Shown in pieces: positions 1 through 11,264 of a DNA stretch of 64,000 bases. A model generated the notes under the pieces. It was not told the origin of the DNA. It worked only from the letters and a program-made list of their open reading frames with translations, and did not search any database. The first letter of the stretch is position 1. Each line of letters opens with the position of its first letter. Where the stretch lies: positions 1,248,001 to 1,312,000 of the forward strand of contig CP000067.1 of assembly GCA_000002445.1 (NCBI GenBank). The letters run 5' to 3'. The translations under genes and the position numbers were made by a program. The stretch comes from Trypanosoma brucei (Eukaryota).

Positions 1-1590
1 TTCGTTCCGACAGCAATGCGCGGTAAAGTGCGTGACGCGCCGGCTCTCACCGGTCTCTCGATATAAACGCACTGCTCCGGAGGGAACAAACTCGACCACC
101 CGTCACGCATGCAGGCGGGGATGCTCATAACAACACGGCACTGTGGACACATGGCTAGACTGGTATTCTGTGCTAAAATAAGCACAACACGGCATTGGAC
201 GCATGTAACGCTGAATTGACGCACATGAGTAACAGACGCGCATAGCGGACAACGGACAGAAGGTGCCCCAATGGGATACGCGAGCGTCACTTGACAACCT
301 TGGCAAATAATCTGTCCCGTGCAGCGCGTTATGGACGGCATATCCCTTCGGCCTTGTTTGTGCTATTAGTTAATTTACAAAACGCTATCCCGTCTACGCG
401 TCCAATCGTTTCTCTTTGTATACTCGGTTATACACCACCGTTCCCGTCCCTGCTTTCCTTTCACCGTCTTTTTTTTTTGTAATTCCCCCGTTGTCCCTGT
501 GTTCAGGAAAATATGACGCTTAAAAGTTAGGTATAGGCATGAGTGAAGAAGAAGGGTAAATAATAGGATCAAGTGGGAAACCAGGGCAACGTTCCTCAAC
601 AGATTCCCAGACATACATGCACATAAATGAATATACATTCACTTAGAGGGGTTTGCACAAAAACAAAATATATGCGCATATGGAAATGAGAGAGAAAGTA
701 GGTTTACACCGCGCGTTAATTGCCGCAGCCTTCCACTGAAGGTGGGAAAGAGAAAAAAGAAAATCGCTAAACTGACACAGCTGTCAGAGGAGAGGGGGGA
801 AGCCGATGCGTTGGTCCGGTAACCTCAGAAGGTGACGAACACAATATTAAATATTTGCGAAACAAAGATAAGTGGTAATACTAACGGTGGAGAGCGAAAG
901 CGCCAACACACAAGCACCCGTTAAAGTGACGTCTGGCTGCGCTTTGCAAAAAACAATTGCACCTAAGATAAAAAGAAGCAGTCCCCTGAAGCAGAGACCG
1001 TAATTTGAATTTAGAATACGTTCCCGCATATTCATTCATGAGTGAATAGAACGCTACTTCGGAAAAAAGAAAAAACAGAATAGGTGGGGATGGTGTAACT
1101 CCTTCACATAGCAGTTCACCAAGTAGTGCATGCTGCTCCCTACCCGAAGACGGTAGTCATTCAAAATTTCAGTTTCTATTGTAGCAGTACTGAGCAAAGA
1201 AAAAAACGGGAAAAAGGGAAATTTAAACCTCCGCAACTTCCGTGGAAACGTAGGTCTGCAATATTTTCCTGAGAGCACACCTGTGCAGAGTACCGAAATA
1301 GACTTTAAACACAAAGATTTAATTAAGAAGTAGCTGGAAAAAAAAATAATAAAGGGATGACAACGTAGAACAGAGGTCAAGCACTGAACCTTGTGTGTTT
1401 GTCTGTGTGCCGAAACGCGTTCACACACAAAAAAAACGGAGAAAAACTCAATACACCAAAATTCATTATCTCCGTCGCACAAAAAAAAAAACCTCATCCA
1501 GTCGCACTGGATAAAACCAGGTGGACACACAGAAGCCTACCGGCTTTATTGGAGATTGATGCGGTTGCTGCTACTCCTCCTCTCCGGTAT

Positions 1591-1593
<3 letters not shown>

Positions 1594-1666
<73 letters not shown>
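1594..1666. repeat. (CA)n microsatellite, ~36 units
   Basis: Perfect acacac run read directly in the sequence. Lies in an ORF-free region at the window start. Confidence 0.95.
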
Positions 1667-1667
<1 letters not shown>

Positions 1668-1784
1668 CCCCAAGTTTGCACGCACCACCACACTGTCATT
1701 CTTGGTTACGTCATTGCCCCCATTCTTGTTGATACAAAAGGATCTCATCTATCTGGCCGGTGTTAACATATTGTCCTCCCTTCA

Positions 1785-1786
<2 letters not shown>

Positions 1787-1815
<29 letters not shown>

Positions 1816-1826
1816 TTTATTTATTT
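1787..1826. repeat. (AT)n followed by (ATTT)n microsatellite
   Basis: Direct reading: atatat... run, then atttatttattt. Confidence 0.9.
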
Positions 1827-2241
1827 TCTCGACCACTTGATGAGGGTATGTTCACTTTGCTTTGTTTACCCGATTGCTGTTCTTACCGTTCACTTCATCA
1901 CGTCTGTCTGTCTCCTCCCTGCGACGGCAGCCGCAAGCACACAAGCGATAGTCTCCCAGCTCCGCACCGCTCGTGGCGATAATAATAACAATAATAATAA
2001 TAATAACAATCAACGTTTCTCCGATGGCAGCGGCCGTAATAATGAGAATGATGCGAGCAAGAAAACAATAAAGAATAATTTGATCCACAGCGTGAAGCAG
2101 TCGTGCATGACTTCCGTCCGCCATCGGATGTAGCATTGCACTGAAGCTCGAACACTCAAAAAATCGCGAAGACGGCGGTAGACGTACTGTGCACCCACGT
2201 GGAAGTTATAACTGTCAATCACCCCCTTACTTACACACACC

Positions 2242-4719
2242 TTACTCTAATATTAAAGACGGCGCGCTGAGCATCTTCGCCATAGCGACGCGTCCCAGAG
2301 CATCTTCATCCCGGCTGTCATCATCCTCACGGTCAAAAGCCGCATCGTAATGCATGGCCGCCACGTAATACTTGTCTCGCTCTAAGTCCAGATCTTCCCC
2401 TCCATCCTCCTGAGCCTTGATATCCACCAACATTTTTTCCAGCCGGCGCTGCTGCCCAACAAAGCGGGGGGTGACACCGATGAAATACCGCATGCCATCA
2501 TGTTCGACACGACGAATTATATAGCGATCCACACGGAGTGGTGCGCCCGTTGTGGGGTCACGGACCCAGTGATCGTCCTCCTCAGCGGCATCGCGAGTCT
2601 TGAGTGAGATTATTTTTATCCATGAAAGAAGAACCTCTTCCACATTGGTTGCCCGATAGGCCACACCGTCCTGTTGCTGTTGTTGCTGACGCCTCTCGCC
2701 AGGAGCAACGGAGGGACCATCGCGATCAAAAGGAAAACACACCCAAAAAGCATTCGAAGGCGCCTCGCCTGGGTCTTGTAACAGCACATTACTCGGATGA
2801 TTGCTCGTATAGTTCACTGGAGGGCTTTTCTGCTCAGCAGGCGTCGCCGGCTCCAGGAGTGTGGATGTGCTGTTCAGGCTCTTCTTGGTGTGTGGAAAAG
2901 TCATTTCAAGCGACGTGCCGGAATTACTGCCGGGCGTCTTACATGGTGAACCCCTCCGCTGGCGATCGCCGATCTCCGCAGGAGTGCTGCATCGGAGAAC
3001 GTCACCCTGATAGAGCCCCATACTCGGCATGTCCTCGGCCACAATGAACACATCATTGGCGAGCTCTGGCTCCGGCATTGGCATACCACCGCGTAACAAA
3101 CCACGGTAATTCCACGGGCGTGGTATTGGCAAAAGACTGTTGTCAACCGTCTGCGTCAGCTGCTGCGCAAGCATAAGACACCCCCGTCGGGCGTACGCGG
3201 CACTCGCCCAAATGCACAGCCGACCATCTTCTACCCACATGCGGAAGCGGTTCCGTCGTGTTGCCAGAAGCGATGCAGCCCGAAACGCTTCACGTTGCGG
3301 GCACGAGTTGGGTGGTCCACCGCCCGCGGAGTCGGAGGCGCCATCAAGCACCCACGGCGGGACGCGCACATGTGACATACTCGTAACGGAGGGATGTGTT
3401 AGTGGCGTCGCCTGCACATTCACGCCTGACACGAGGAGTATAGGAATGGTGCCATCGGGATTGGTGTTGTGTGCAGGGCGGAGCTTCAGCGACTGCGCCT
3501 CCGACGGATCAAGGAAAAGTCGGTGCTGAGAGACGACACCGGGCACATCTTCTTCAAAAAGGTACAGTATATCTGCGTCACAACGGGAGGATGCCTCCAC
3601 CGCGTCGTGAACGCTATCAGTACTTGGAGATGAGCTTGCACTACTACCACTACTGTTCGCGCTACAGAAACTGCGGCGCTTCCCACCCGCGTTCAACAAA
3701 CTACGAAGTCGCACTCGCATCTCCCGCACAAACTGCAGCATCGGAATGTTTGATATGGGAGTTCGAAGAATCATGGGGATCATCGGAATGTACGGAGCCC
3801 GAATTTGAGCCTCAATGCACTGTCGAACGTACATGTGGACAGCAAGCATCACCACGTTTCCCAATATCTGATCACCGACATCCTTGTCAACGAACATTGT
3901 CGCCTTCAGCATATGCTGCTCTACTACTTCCCCGTGTACAGTGATGGATATGGTGGAGGGAAGGAGCCCAAACATACCGAGTACCTTAACCGTCGAGCCA
4001 AGAAACTCAACCCCGGCGTCCGGAGCAGACTTGTGTGCCTCCGAACGCGACACAATCGCACATGGAACTGGCCGAAGATAATAGGCACTCGGTGAAGTTA
4101 CGTGCGTACCGAACTCATTACAATGCGTGTGTTGCTCCCTTCCCTTTATGTATGCCAGAGCGTCGTTGTAGCCGTTGGCAAAAGCCCCTGGACCGAATCC
4201 AAAATACTCTTCATATGAGTCACCAAATGCAGCTCCATACTCCTGCGGATGAGGCGATTTGTACTGTTGTTGCCTTTGTTGGTGGCGCTGCTGCTGCTGG
4301 ATCTGCTTTTTGTACCTCTCTCGCAGCCCTTCATCTGTCTCAGACATGCAACACTCGGTCTCTCGCACGAGTCTTTGGTATAAACCTGATATGTCGTCTG
4401 TGAAAAGAGTCTCCACACGTTTATCTCTCGCGAGACTCCCTGGACTGTCTAAATCCGCGTTATTGGCGTGAACTGTCGTCTGGCAGTAGTAGTCAGATTC
4501 CCTGTCCGTATCTGCGGAGCGCACCGCCCGGTAGTAATATTTGGCTGTTCGGTGGTGTCTCGCCTGGAACAGACGCTCAAACAGAGGGCAGCTCTCACTC
4601 GGAAAAAATTCGGTTGTGAGGGGAACTAATATGACTTCACTCCGCCTATTGCGCCCATGGCGATGGCTGTACAACCCACGCCGTTGTGTCTCCCTGCTCG
4701 GAAGTGCTCCCATATTCAC
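2242..4719 (-). CDS. Uncharacterised large protein, member A of a 3-member paralog family with a conserved MG(A/V)xPSRE...(I/V)LVPLT(K/T)EFFPSxDCPLF N-terminus. Probable N-myristoylation. The real start is probably the third Met (4713), which gives MGALPSRE.
   Basis: 825-aa ORF. N-terminal ~250 aa align clearly with ORFs 11265..13973 and 16341..19592 (MGxxPSRE, VLVPLTxEFFPS, RPVPCAI, VxGxFGxxP blocks). MGxxxS fits the N-myristoyltransferase consensus. Confidence 0.75.
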   Translation of the reverse strand: MNMGALPSRETQRRGLYSHRHGRNRRSEVILVPLTTEFFPSESCPLFERLFQARHHRTAKYYYRAVRSADTDRESDYYCQTTVHANNADLDSPGSLARDKRVETLFTDDISGLYQRLVRETECCMSETDEGLRERYKKQIQQQQRHQQRQQQYKSPHPQEYGAAFGDSYEEYFGFGPGAFANGYNDALAYIKGREQHTHCNEFGTHVTSPSAYYLRPVPCAIVSRSEAHKSAPDAGVEFLGSTVKVLGMFGLLPSTISITVHGEVVEQHMLKATMFVDKDVGDQILGNVVMLAVHMYVRQCIEAQIRAPYIPMIPMILRTPISNIPMLQFVREMRVRLRSLLNAGGKRRSFCSANSSGSSASSSPSTDSVHDAVEASSRCDADILYLFEEDVPGVVSQHRLFLDPSEAQSLKLRPAHNTNPDGTIPILLVSGVNVQATPLTHPSVTSMSHVRVPPWVLDGASDSAGGGPPNSCPQREAFRAASLLATRRNRFRMWVEDGRLCIWASAAYARRGCLMLAQQLTQTVDNSLLPIPRPWNYRGLLRGGMPMPEPELANDVFIVAEDMPSMGLYQGDVLRCSTPAEIGDRQRRGSPCKTPGSNSGTSLEMTFPHTKKSLNSTSTLLEPATPAEQKSPPVNYTSNHPSNVLLQDPGEAPSNAFWVCFPFDRDGPSVAPGERRQQQQQQDGVAYRATNVEEVLLSWIKIISLKTRDAAEEDDHWVRDPTTGAPLRVDRYIIRRVEHDGMRYFIGVTPRFVGQQRRLEKMLVDIKAQEDGGEDLDLERDKYYVAAMHYDAAFDREDDDSRDEDALGRVAMAKMLSAPSLILE

Positions 4720-4768
4720 TTCAAACAGCCCACGTGATGATATGAGCCCAACAATTTATCCCCGTTCC

Positions 4769-4771
<3 letters not shown>

Positions 4772-4807
<36 letters not shown>
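4772..4807. repeat. (CT)n microsatellite
   Basis: ctctct run immediately upstream (sense 5'UTR side) of the gene at 2242..4719. Confidence 0.9.
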
Positions 4808-4809
<2 letters not shown>

Positions 4810-5039
4810 ACGTCTCGCCTCGATCGCGTACTCTCTCGTTGCCCAATTAAAACTCAAAAACCAAATCAATGACGATGATAATAGTGATAGCTGCGCCGAT
4901 GCGCAATTTCACTTCGTTTTCCCTCTCCCCACCCCTCCTCCTGCTCTCTGTTATTCTTTTCAAAAAAAAATCGGAGGACAACTCTTCGTCTCCCTTTTCC
5001 ACGTTTTGAGTGTCTCAAGCGGCACAAGAGTCGAACAGT

Positions 5040-5110
5040 CACGTTACCTCAACGTAAAGAGTAAAAAGATAACCAGGAAGAAAAGTCAAAAATAAATAAA
5101 AAGCTAAACG
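5040..5110 (-). promoter_or_regulatory. Candidate polypyrimidine tract / trans-splice acceptor region for gene 2242..4719
   Basis: The plus strand is purine-rich (aaagagtaaaaagataaccaggaagaaaag...), so the minus (sense) strand is polypyrimidine, ~320-390 nt upstream of the ATG. Kinetoplastid trans-splicing uses a polyY tract followed by AG. Confidence 0.4.
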
Positions 5111-5335
5111 AACTTCAAAAGGTGGGACCAGCAGAAGCGAAACTTAAAAATGCTGACTGCCCTTGGCCCCGTTTGCCCTTTATATGGAGGTTGATTTGAA
5201 GCCCTTAATCGTGAAATTTTAATTAGTTCTCTCGCACTCGCGCTCTCCTTTCCTCAATTTGAAGCTGGAGAAACCCCTTTCGCCACGTTCGACTGCCTAA
5301 CCGGAAGCAGTTGTTAAGATGTCGGGATGAAACAG

Positions 5336-5336
<1 letters not shown>

Positions 5337-5368
<32 letters not shown>
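5337..5368. repeat. (TA)n microsatellite
   Basis: Direct reading. Confidence 0.9.
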
Positions 5369-5372
<4 letters not shown>

Positions 5373-5750
5373 CCCTGTGGTGACAAGGGAACAACCAGCA
5401 GCGCAAACGCGGAAGGAGACGCTGAACTCTCCCTCTCCCTTATATTGCAAGTTCCTCCGTCAGTCCTGGTACTTGAAATTGTAGAAACAGATGCAATAAC
5501 AAAAAATGTTGTTTATACCGTTACTTACTTTTTCTTTTTATTGCTTTGGCCCAAATTAGACCTCTTAAGCTTAGATGCTTCTTGTCCTCTACCCCCCTCC
5601 TCACCTTCCTCCCCCGCTGCCAGAAAAGCAAAAATATGTCTCGCTTGTCCCCCTCAAATCCGGCTGTTCAAAGAAAGGTAACAACAAAACGTATTAAGAT
5701 ACAAATTATGGGCGTATGCTACGTGGGAACACGTCACTCCCCGAACTCTA

Positions 5751-5770
5751 CACACAAACAAACAAACAAA

Positions 5771-5805
<35 letters not shown>
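5751..5805. repeat. (CAAA)n followed by (CA)n microsatellite
   Basis: Direct reading: cacaaacaaacaaacaaacacacacac... Confidence 0.9.
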
Positions 5806-5808
<3 letters not shown>

Positions 5809-7044
5809 TTCTCTCTCTTTCTGCCTGTTTCTTTGAGTGGGTGAATGAGTGGCAAAGGGAATGCTTGGTTGGCTGGTTGTGGGGCCTGACCCAACCCCAC
5901 TCCGATGATAACTTGTCTGTTTGCTCGTTTTCCTTGCTTATCCACTCTCGGTTGTGGTTTTGTGTTATTATTTTTCCTTTAATCGTTTCTTGTAGATTAC
6001 GTCCAGTTCCTTCCCCGTGCACGCTAGTCTTCAGAAACTTTTTGTTCTGTTTTCAATTACTTTTGTTTGGTCCAGTGCCGCAGGACTTTGCCTGCTCCTC
6101 GTTCTATTGAGCGCAACGACCTCTTTCAGTTCAGAGGAGGTCTATTGTGGATAGGAGTGTGAAAAAAAAAAAGAGAGCAGAAATAGGGAAACGAGAAAGT
6201 CTTTCGGCAAAGGTATCAAATATAGCAACATGTTCAGACACACAGCGTCGAAGGTAAAGAAGGGCGTGCAGCAGCGGGTGATGACTAACCAGTCATCAAA
6301 ACAAACAGAAGCAAACGCGCTCCGAGGGACTTTAACCTCACTCTTACCCCATCGACAGTCCCGTTTCCCCCCCCCCCCTCGCAAAGTTAATTGCGTTCGG
6401 TTCGCTTGCCACACGCGCGATTTTACAGTTCATATTAACGGTAACGAAAGCGACACTTGGGATGACATCAACCACTATCTTTGTTTGCACCAGTGGTGAT
6501 TTCACTGACGTAACCACACGATTAAATTCGACAGTCCCGCAGAGTCATTTTCTTTTGTCTCATTTCCACTCATGCATCCTTCATAAGCACTGCTTCATGA
6601 CCTTCATCCGCTAATGTCACCGCACAAAGAGCAGATGCATCTTGTTAAATGATCAGCGAACCGAACACAGCGGGCTGGGCCCGAGCATCAGAGTGGTAAT
6701 ACACCCGATAGGGTCAAACAATAGCGTAAACAGGGGAAGTTGTTGATGACATTAGCAGCATGCTATATCATTACCCTCATGAGAAATAAAAGAATTGGAC
6801 ACACTTCACCGGTTTGCCATAGCCCTGAACGCGCACATAAATTCACAAATAAATATGCAGTGTACAAATAGAGGGTGAAGGATAACACAGCAGTGAGGGA
6901 GCAAGAAACTGACTGAGAAACTCAAAACACGGTGTCGCGTGCACTCACCTTCTCAACAGCTCCTAACCCATGCACTACTACAAAATGACAGAAGGACCCT
7001 CCACCCTTTGGTTTCTCCACTGCAAAGTTACTTTGTTTGTCCAA

Positions 7045-10000
7045 TCAGTTATTGCACTTATCCAGCTCCTCCCGCAGACATGGTGGGCACCACTGCAATT
7101 GCTGCAGGTCCTGACGCAAAGCTTGACACTCGAAGGCAGTTAGCGGTCGTTGGCGCAAATATAGCCTGGCAATCCCCTCGACCAGGTTCTGCAAAATTCC
7201 TTTTTTAATTGCATTGCTACCGTGCGCAGGCCCACCTGGGCCGTAAAACTCTACCGAATGAAGTACCTCTGTAAAGTTTCCCAGGTCCCACTGCGCCGTA
7301 GCTGATACCTGTGTATTGTCACAAAGAAGGCTCCCCGACGCCGCCCACTGGTTTAATAATTTGTTATCGTAGCCATGGGCACTGGAAACAGCGGGGTTGC
7401 TACGAGCCGCAGTGGAGTTACTACCCGAATGGTGAGGAATAGGAGCTTCGGTTACTTCAAAATCACTCGATGATGTGAGGCAGTAAGTGCTCCCCTCGAG
7501 TAGAGTATTTGAAAGGAGTCGAGCAATGGAGACAGCAGCGGTCGGCTCACAGGCTGTGCACGTTATTGCAAGTGCTACAAACAGGCAGTATTCCATCGAG
7601 ACCTCCTCATGCAGTGGAATGGTCGAGGCGAGCGCTTTGAGTACGTCTGACGCCGAGGTCGCAATGAGTCGGCCCGCCCGCGGTAGCACACCTGTACAGA
7701 GTTCATGCAGCAACCGTTTAACTTCTTCATCGGTGCGTACGTCGGCTTCCTCCCACTTATCAAATGAGTGACATGATGAAATCGCCCACCTTAGTGTGTG
7801 GCACAGAATGAGGTCCCACTGCAAAACATCCTTCATGCGCTGGTGCATACCGAGCGTTCGGTGTACCCACCCACACCATACGCCTTTTTCTCTCAGATCC
7901 TCATCGTAGAGGGGAAAGAGGAACCAGGGCCATCTGGTCTGTGCGACTGCTCTGCGCAGACTCTCCGCTAAGGTCACAGTTGGCTCGACAAATGGATCAA
8001 TAACAGCAGCCTCGTCAGCGATGGTGACATCTTGGAGTCCAAGAATTGCATCTATTAATCCTGGGGCAACATCCTGACCGTGCTTGGTGAGGAAAATACT
8101 ATGCAGGAGGAAGGTCTCAGCAATGTGCAGTTTCTGTGTACAGGCTCGGCTACTACTGTTCTGGGCGCAACTGTCACGTTGCTGTTGTTGACTTACCGTG
8201 GAGCCGCCACCAACAGCAGAGGTGCCGTGCACGCCTCGTCGCATAAGTTGGACAACTTCAACCATTGTACACAACTCGTCTGGGAGCAAGCGCCCCATCA
8301 CGTCCTTCAGGCCCAGGCACTTCTCCTCGAAACTAGTAGCTAGAGCTGTTGCGTAACCCACGGGCACCTCCCACTCGGTCATGTGCACGAGACCAGTAAA
8401 GGCGGCGGCAAGTCGGACGCGAGCGTGCGTTAGTGATGCCCAACATGCCCCAACAAGCTCAATTTTGTTAAGGCATATCTTACCATCCTCGCCACCACCG
8501 ACGGTGGTCTTCACGTTTCTGGTGTTCAGCAAGTCTAACGGAAGCGGTGTGTGCCTCTTGCTGCTTAAACGGAGAAAGGCATGTTGAAGACCCTTCGACG
8601 TCAGGACGTTTGCCGCCATGAACTCTTTGAGACGAGATTGCGTCTCATGTTCCGTTCCAAGAAGGAAAAGCAGGTCATCCGACCCCGCATACAACGTAAA
8701 ATACGTTGCGAGGTAGTGCATGGACGACAGCGCGGCCAGTAGGGACACAAGATGGCCCGTTTCCTCACCATTTGCAGCACCAGTCTCGGCTACTGTGATG
8801 TGCGCTTGAATGGTGCGCACTGCGGCACGCGCCAATTCGGCCGCAAAAACCTCCATCGTGGGGAAGACACGCCCCACCCCATCCCCTTCGGAGCTCGACG
8901 CGAGAAGCAGCCACATTTCTGCCGGTATTCCTGAGCCCAGAACCGTGGCAGAAAGCAGACCCTCAGCCGTGTCGTTGAACAGTCCCACAAATCCCTGCCG
9001 CACAGCGGCCCTAACCACGAGAAACGCAGCAAGGCATCCCACAACATCGTGCGGCGATCGGGCCTGCTCCACAGGTATACTGCAAACAAACCTGATGAAG
9101 AGCATCAGCGTCTCGTGCAGTGCCGGCAGCAGTGTAGCGCAGGTCTGTTGTAACCGCAAAACATGCCGAAGAACAAGCAACTCCTCCACCACGCCTGAAA
9201 CCGTTTCGCTTCCCAAGAGCACAGACCTTAGTCGCTCCCTCACAAAACGAACAAAACGTGGATCACTCGCCACACGAATAGCCACATTGGGAAGAAGCAG
9301 CACCCCACTGCCTAAGAGCAGACGAGAAGCCAGTGTACAAGGTATCAAATTTAGTGAGTCTAGCACCGCCTTCGTCATTCCTAATCTTTCCAGGGCGTTA
9401 CCCTTGTCTTCCCCGCTTCGCATACATTCCGAAAGCTCTGCAAAAGTCATGTCATTACACTCGTTTGTTGAGATTTCTGCTAAGTCTGTCGGTGGGCAGC
9501 CGATTTCTCCTATGGCCTCCTCCACCTCCATCGTTGGATCGAAAAGAAGCAGCACAAGGCACTCGGCAGCGACCCGGCAGGGCAAAGCGTGGCCAGCAGA
9601 AGCAAGCTCATTGATTATCAGGTGGAGTAATTGTGCACATTCTGTGCCTGTGGTAAAAAGTTCTCGAAGTGGCCTGTCCACTAAAAGGCGGGCACGAAGA
9701 GCCTCCATTGCGCACTCACGGTGCTTCCGAACTGTACTGCGAAGGAACTGCAGAAGCAATTCCACGTATAGCTCCCCACTTGGCACTTCGGGATGGCTCA
9801 CACACGTCCCAGCAGGGGCCGCATTGCACGTATTAAGTGGCACGGTATAATACCCGCATTCAAGATTCTCAAAATCCTTTGGATCCCATTGGCGTTGACG
9901 TGACATGCAATCAATGGCACCAAAACCTCTATCTGCGGAAATGGAAGCCGCTTCGATGTTACCGCTTAACCCGGGTTGCACGTGGGCGGTAAACCCACTA

Positions 10001-10290
10001 GTAGTAATAGAGGAAAACGTTGCCGATTTGGTAGTTTTCATAGGCATCCGGCCGTCGTTGGGATCACCCTCACACTGCATTTCCGTGGCGTTATTTCCAT
10101 AAAATCGATTGGGGTCAATGTGCGGGAATGCCCTCCCAACAACAGCTTGAATGGGACGCAGAATCGAACGCCCCTTTTCAATATTCCCGTTGCCTGATGA
10201 GGAGTTTTTAGAAGTTCCCCCTTCAACAATACCCGTCCGCTCAACTACATCTCCGTATAGGACGATACCGCTTGGCTCCTCAACCATCAC
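7045..10290 (-). CDS. Large conserved hypothetical protein (1081 aa). No family recognised.
   Basis: Uninterrupted 3.2-kb ORF on the same strand as all neighbours, with a coding-like composition. Antisense ORFs (e.g. 8810..9850 +) are Ser/Arg-rich artefacts. Confidence 0.7.
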   Translation of the reverse strand: MMVEEPSGIVLYGDVVERTGIVEGGTSKNSSSGNGNIEKGRSILRPIQAVVGRAFPHIDPNRFYGNNATEMQCEGDPNDGRMPMKTTKSATFSSITTSGFTAHVQPGLSGNIEAASISADRGFGAIDCMSRQRQWDPKDFENLECGYYTVPLNTCNAAPAGTCVSHPEVPSGELYVELLLQFLRSTVRKHRECAMEALRARLLVDRPLRELFTTGTECAQLLHLIINELASAGHALPCRVAAECLVLLLFDPTMEVEEAIGEIGCPPTDLAEISTNECNDMTFAELSECMRSGEDKGNALERLGMTKAVLDSLNLIPCTLASRLLLGSGVLLLPNVAIRVASDPRFVRFVRERLRSVLLGSETVSGVVEELLVLRHVLRLQQTCATLLPALHETLMLFIRFVCSIPVEQARSPHDVVGCLAAFLVVRAAVRQGFVGLFNDTAEGLLSATVLGSGIPAEMWLLLASSSEGDGVGRVFPTMEVFAAELARAAVRTIQAHITVAETGAANGEETGHLVSLLAALSSMHYLATYFTLYAGSDDLLFLLGTEHETQSRLKEFMAANVLTSKGLQHAFLRLSSKRHTPLPLDLLNTRNVKTTVGGGEDGKICLNKIELVGACWASLTHARVRLAAAFTGLVHMTEWEVPVGYATALATSFEEKCLGLKDVMGRLLPDELCTMVEVVQLMRRGVHGTSAVGGGSTVSQQQQRDSCAQNSSSRACTQKLHIAETFLLHSIFLTKHGQDVAPGLIDAILGLQDVTIADEAAVIDPFVEPTVTLAESLRRAVAQTRWPWFLFPLYDEDLREKGVWCGWVHRTLGMHQRMKDVLQWDLILCHTLRWAISSCHSFDKWEEADVRTDEEVKRLLHELCTGVLPRAGRLIATSASDVLKALASTIPLHEEVSMEYCLFVALAITCTACEPTAAVSIARLLSNTLLEGSTYCLTSSSDFEVTEAPIPHHSGSNSTAARSNPAVSSAHGYDNKLLNQWAASGSLLCDNTQVSATAQWDLGNFTEVLHSVEFYGPGGPAHGSNAIKKGILQNLVEGIARLYLRQRPLTAFECQALRQDLQQLQWCPPCLREELDKCNN

Positions 10291-11264
10291 ACTTATGCCC
10301 TAATCGTTAATACTCGTGTAATACAGCTCCAAGCGCCCGTGTCGCACACCCGACCGCGTGCAGATACGTATCAAGAGGGAGCAACAAAAGCGGATAAAAC
10401 AACAACAATAACAATTATTATTATTATTATCGTTGTTTGCATCCGTGTAGTGAAACAAAGGAACAAAGAGGGAGAAGGTGAATTTGTTGAAGGATCACCT
10501 GGAATAAAATGCGTAGAGAGAAACACCGAGGTGGAAGGAGGGTACTCCGTTTCCTCAACGCACTGCTGCAACTCAAAATCATTTAAGTAATATAGTGCGG
10601 CAAGTTGAGAATATCACAGTTAAACCACGTAAAAAAAAAAACAACAACAGAATTGGGCGATCAAAACAAAAATGAAATCACACGTGTGCAACTGAGCAGT
10701 ACAATTTCAAAATGACAACATTTAAACCTCTTATACCTGTGGAGGGAGGTTATGTTACAACGAAACAAAAAATGGTAAAAGAGTAAGGGGAAGGGCAGTC
10801 CCAAGTAACGTGTTCGTTCACCTCTGCCCTATTGTGTCATTCCGGTTCCTTGCACGTCGTCTCGTTTTCCACAAGGCTCCGCATGGTGCTGTGACATCCC
10901 TTCACAAACAAAAGAGAAAAAAAAACACAACAATTTCGGAGAGAGTATTTACGTCGTTCGGTATCGAACACCTCTCCGGTATCTGAGGGGCTCACACACA
11001 AAAATAAACTTTTACATACAACTGCTTTTTTATGCAACAACGGATAGTGATTGCAGCAATATTTGAAAGCAAAACAAAAACAAAGAATGAAGCAGCCACC
11101 ACAAGGACACGGTGGTTTGTTTCCCTCCTCACACGGTAACTCAGTAAAGGAGAAAATCGGGAATCCATAAGCACGCAAGCAGATTAATAGCATCTCCTTT
11201 TATTATTTGCTCATCCAACAACCGCAAATCTTTTCCCCTTTACCAATTCATTTTATCCAACTCA

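Noticed and set aside
1054-2133. ORFs 1054..1530 (-) and 1393..2133 (+) at the window start
   Set aside because: Their translations are dominated by microsatellite read-through ((CA)n giving THTHTH, (AAT)n giving NNNN) and poly-F low complexity. They lie in intergenic or UTR sequence.
8810-9850. Long plus-strand ORFs (e.g. 8810..9850 at 346 aa, 16692..17384 at 230 aa, 25091..25684 at 197 aa, 50616..51239 at 207 aa) overlapping minus-strand genes
   Set aside because: They lie antisense to long, well-supported minus-strand CDSs and are Ser/Arg/Ala-rich with no motifs. These are typical shadow ORFs in GC-balanced coding DNA.
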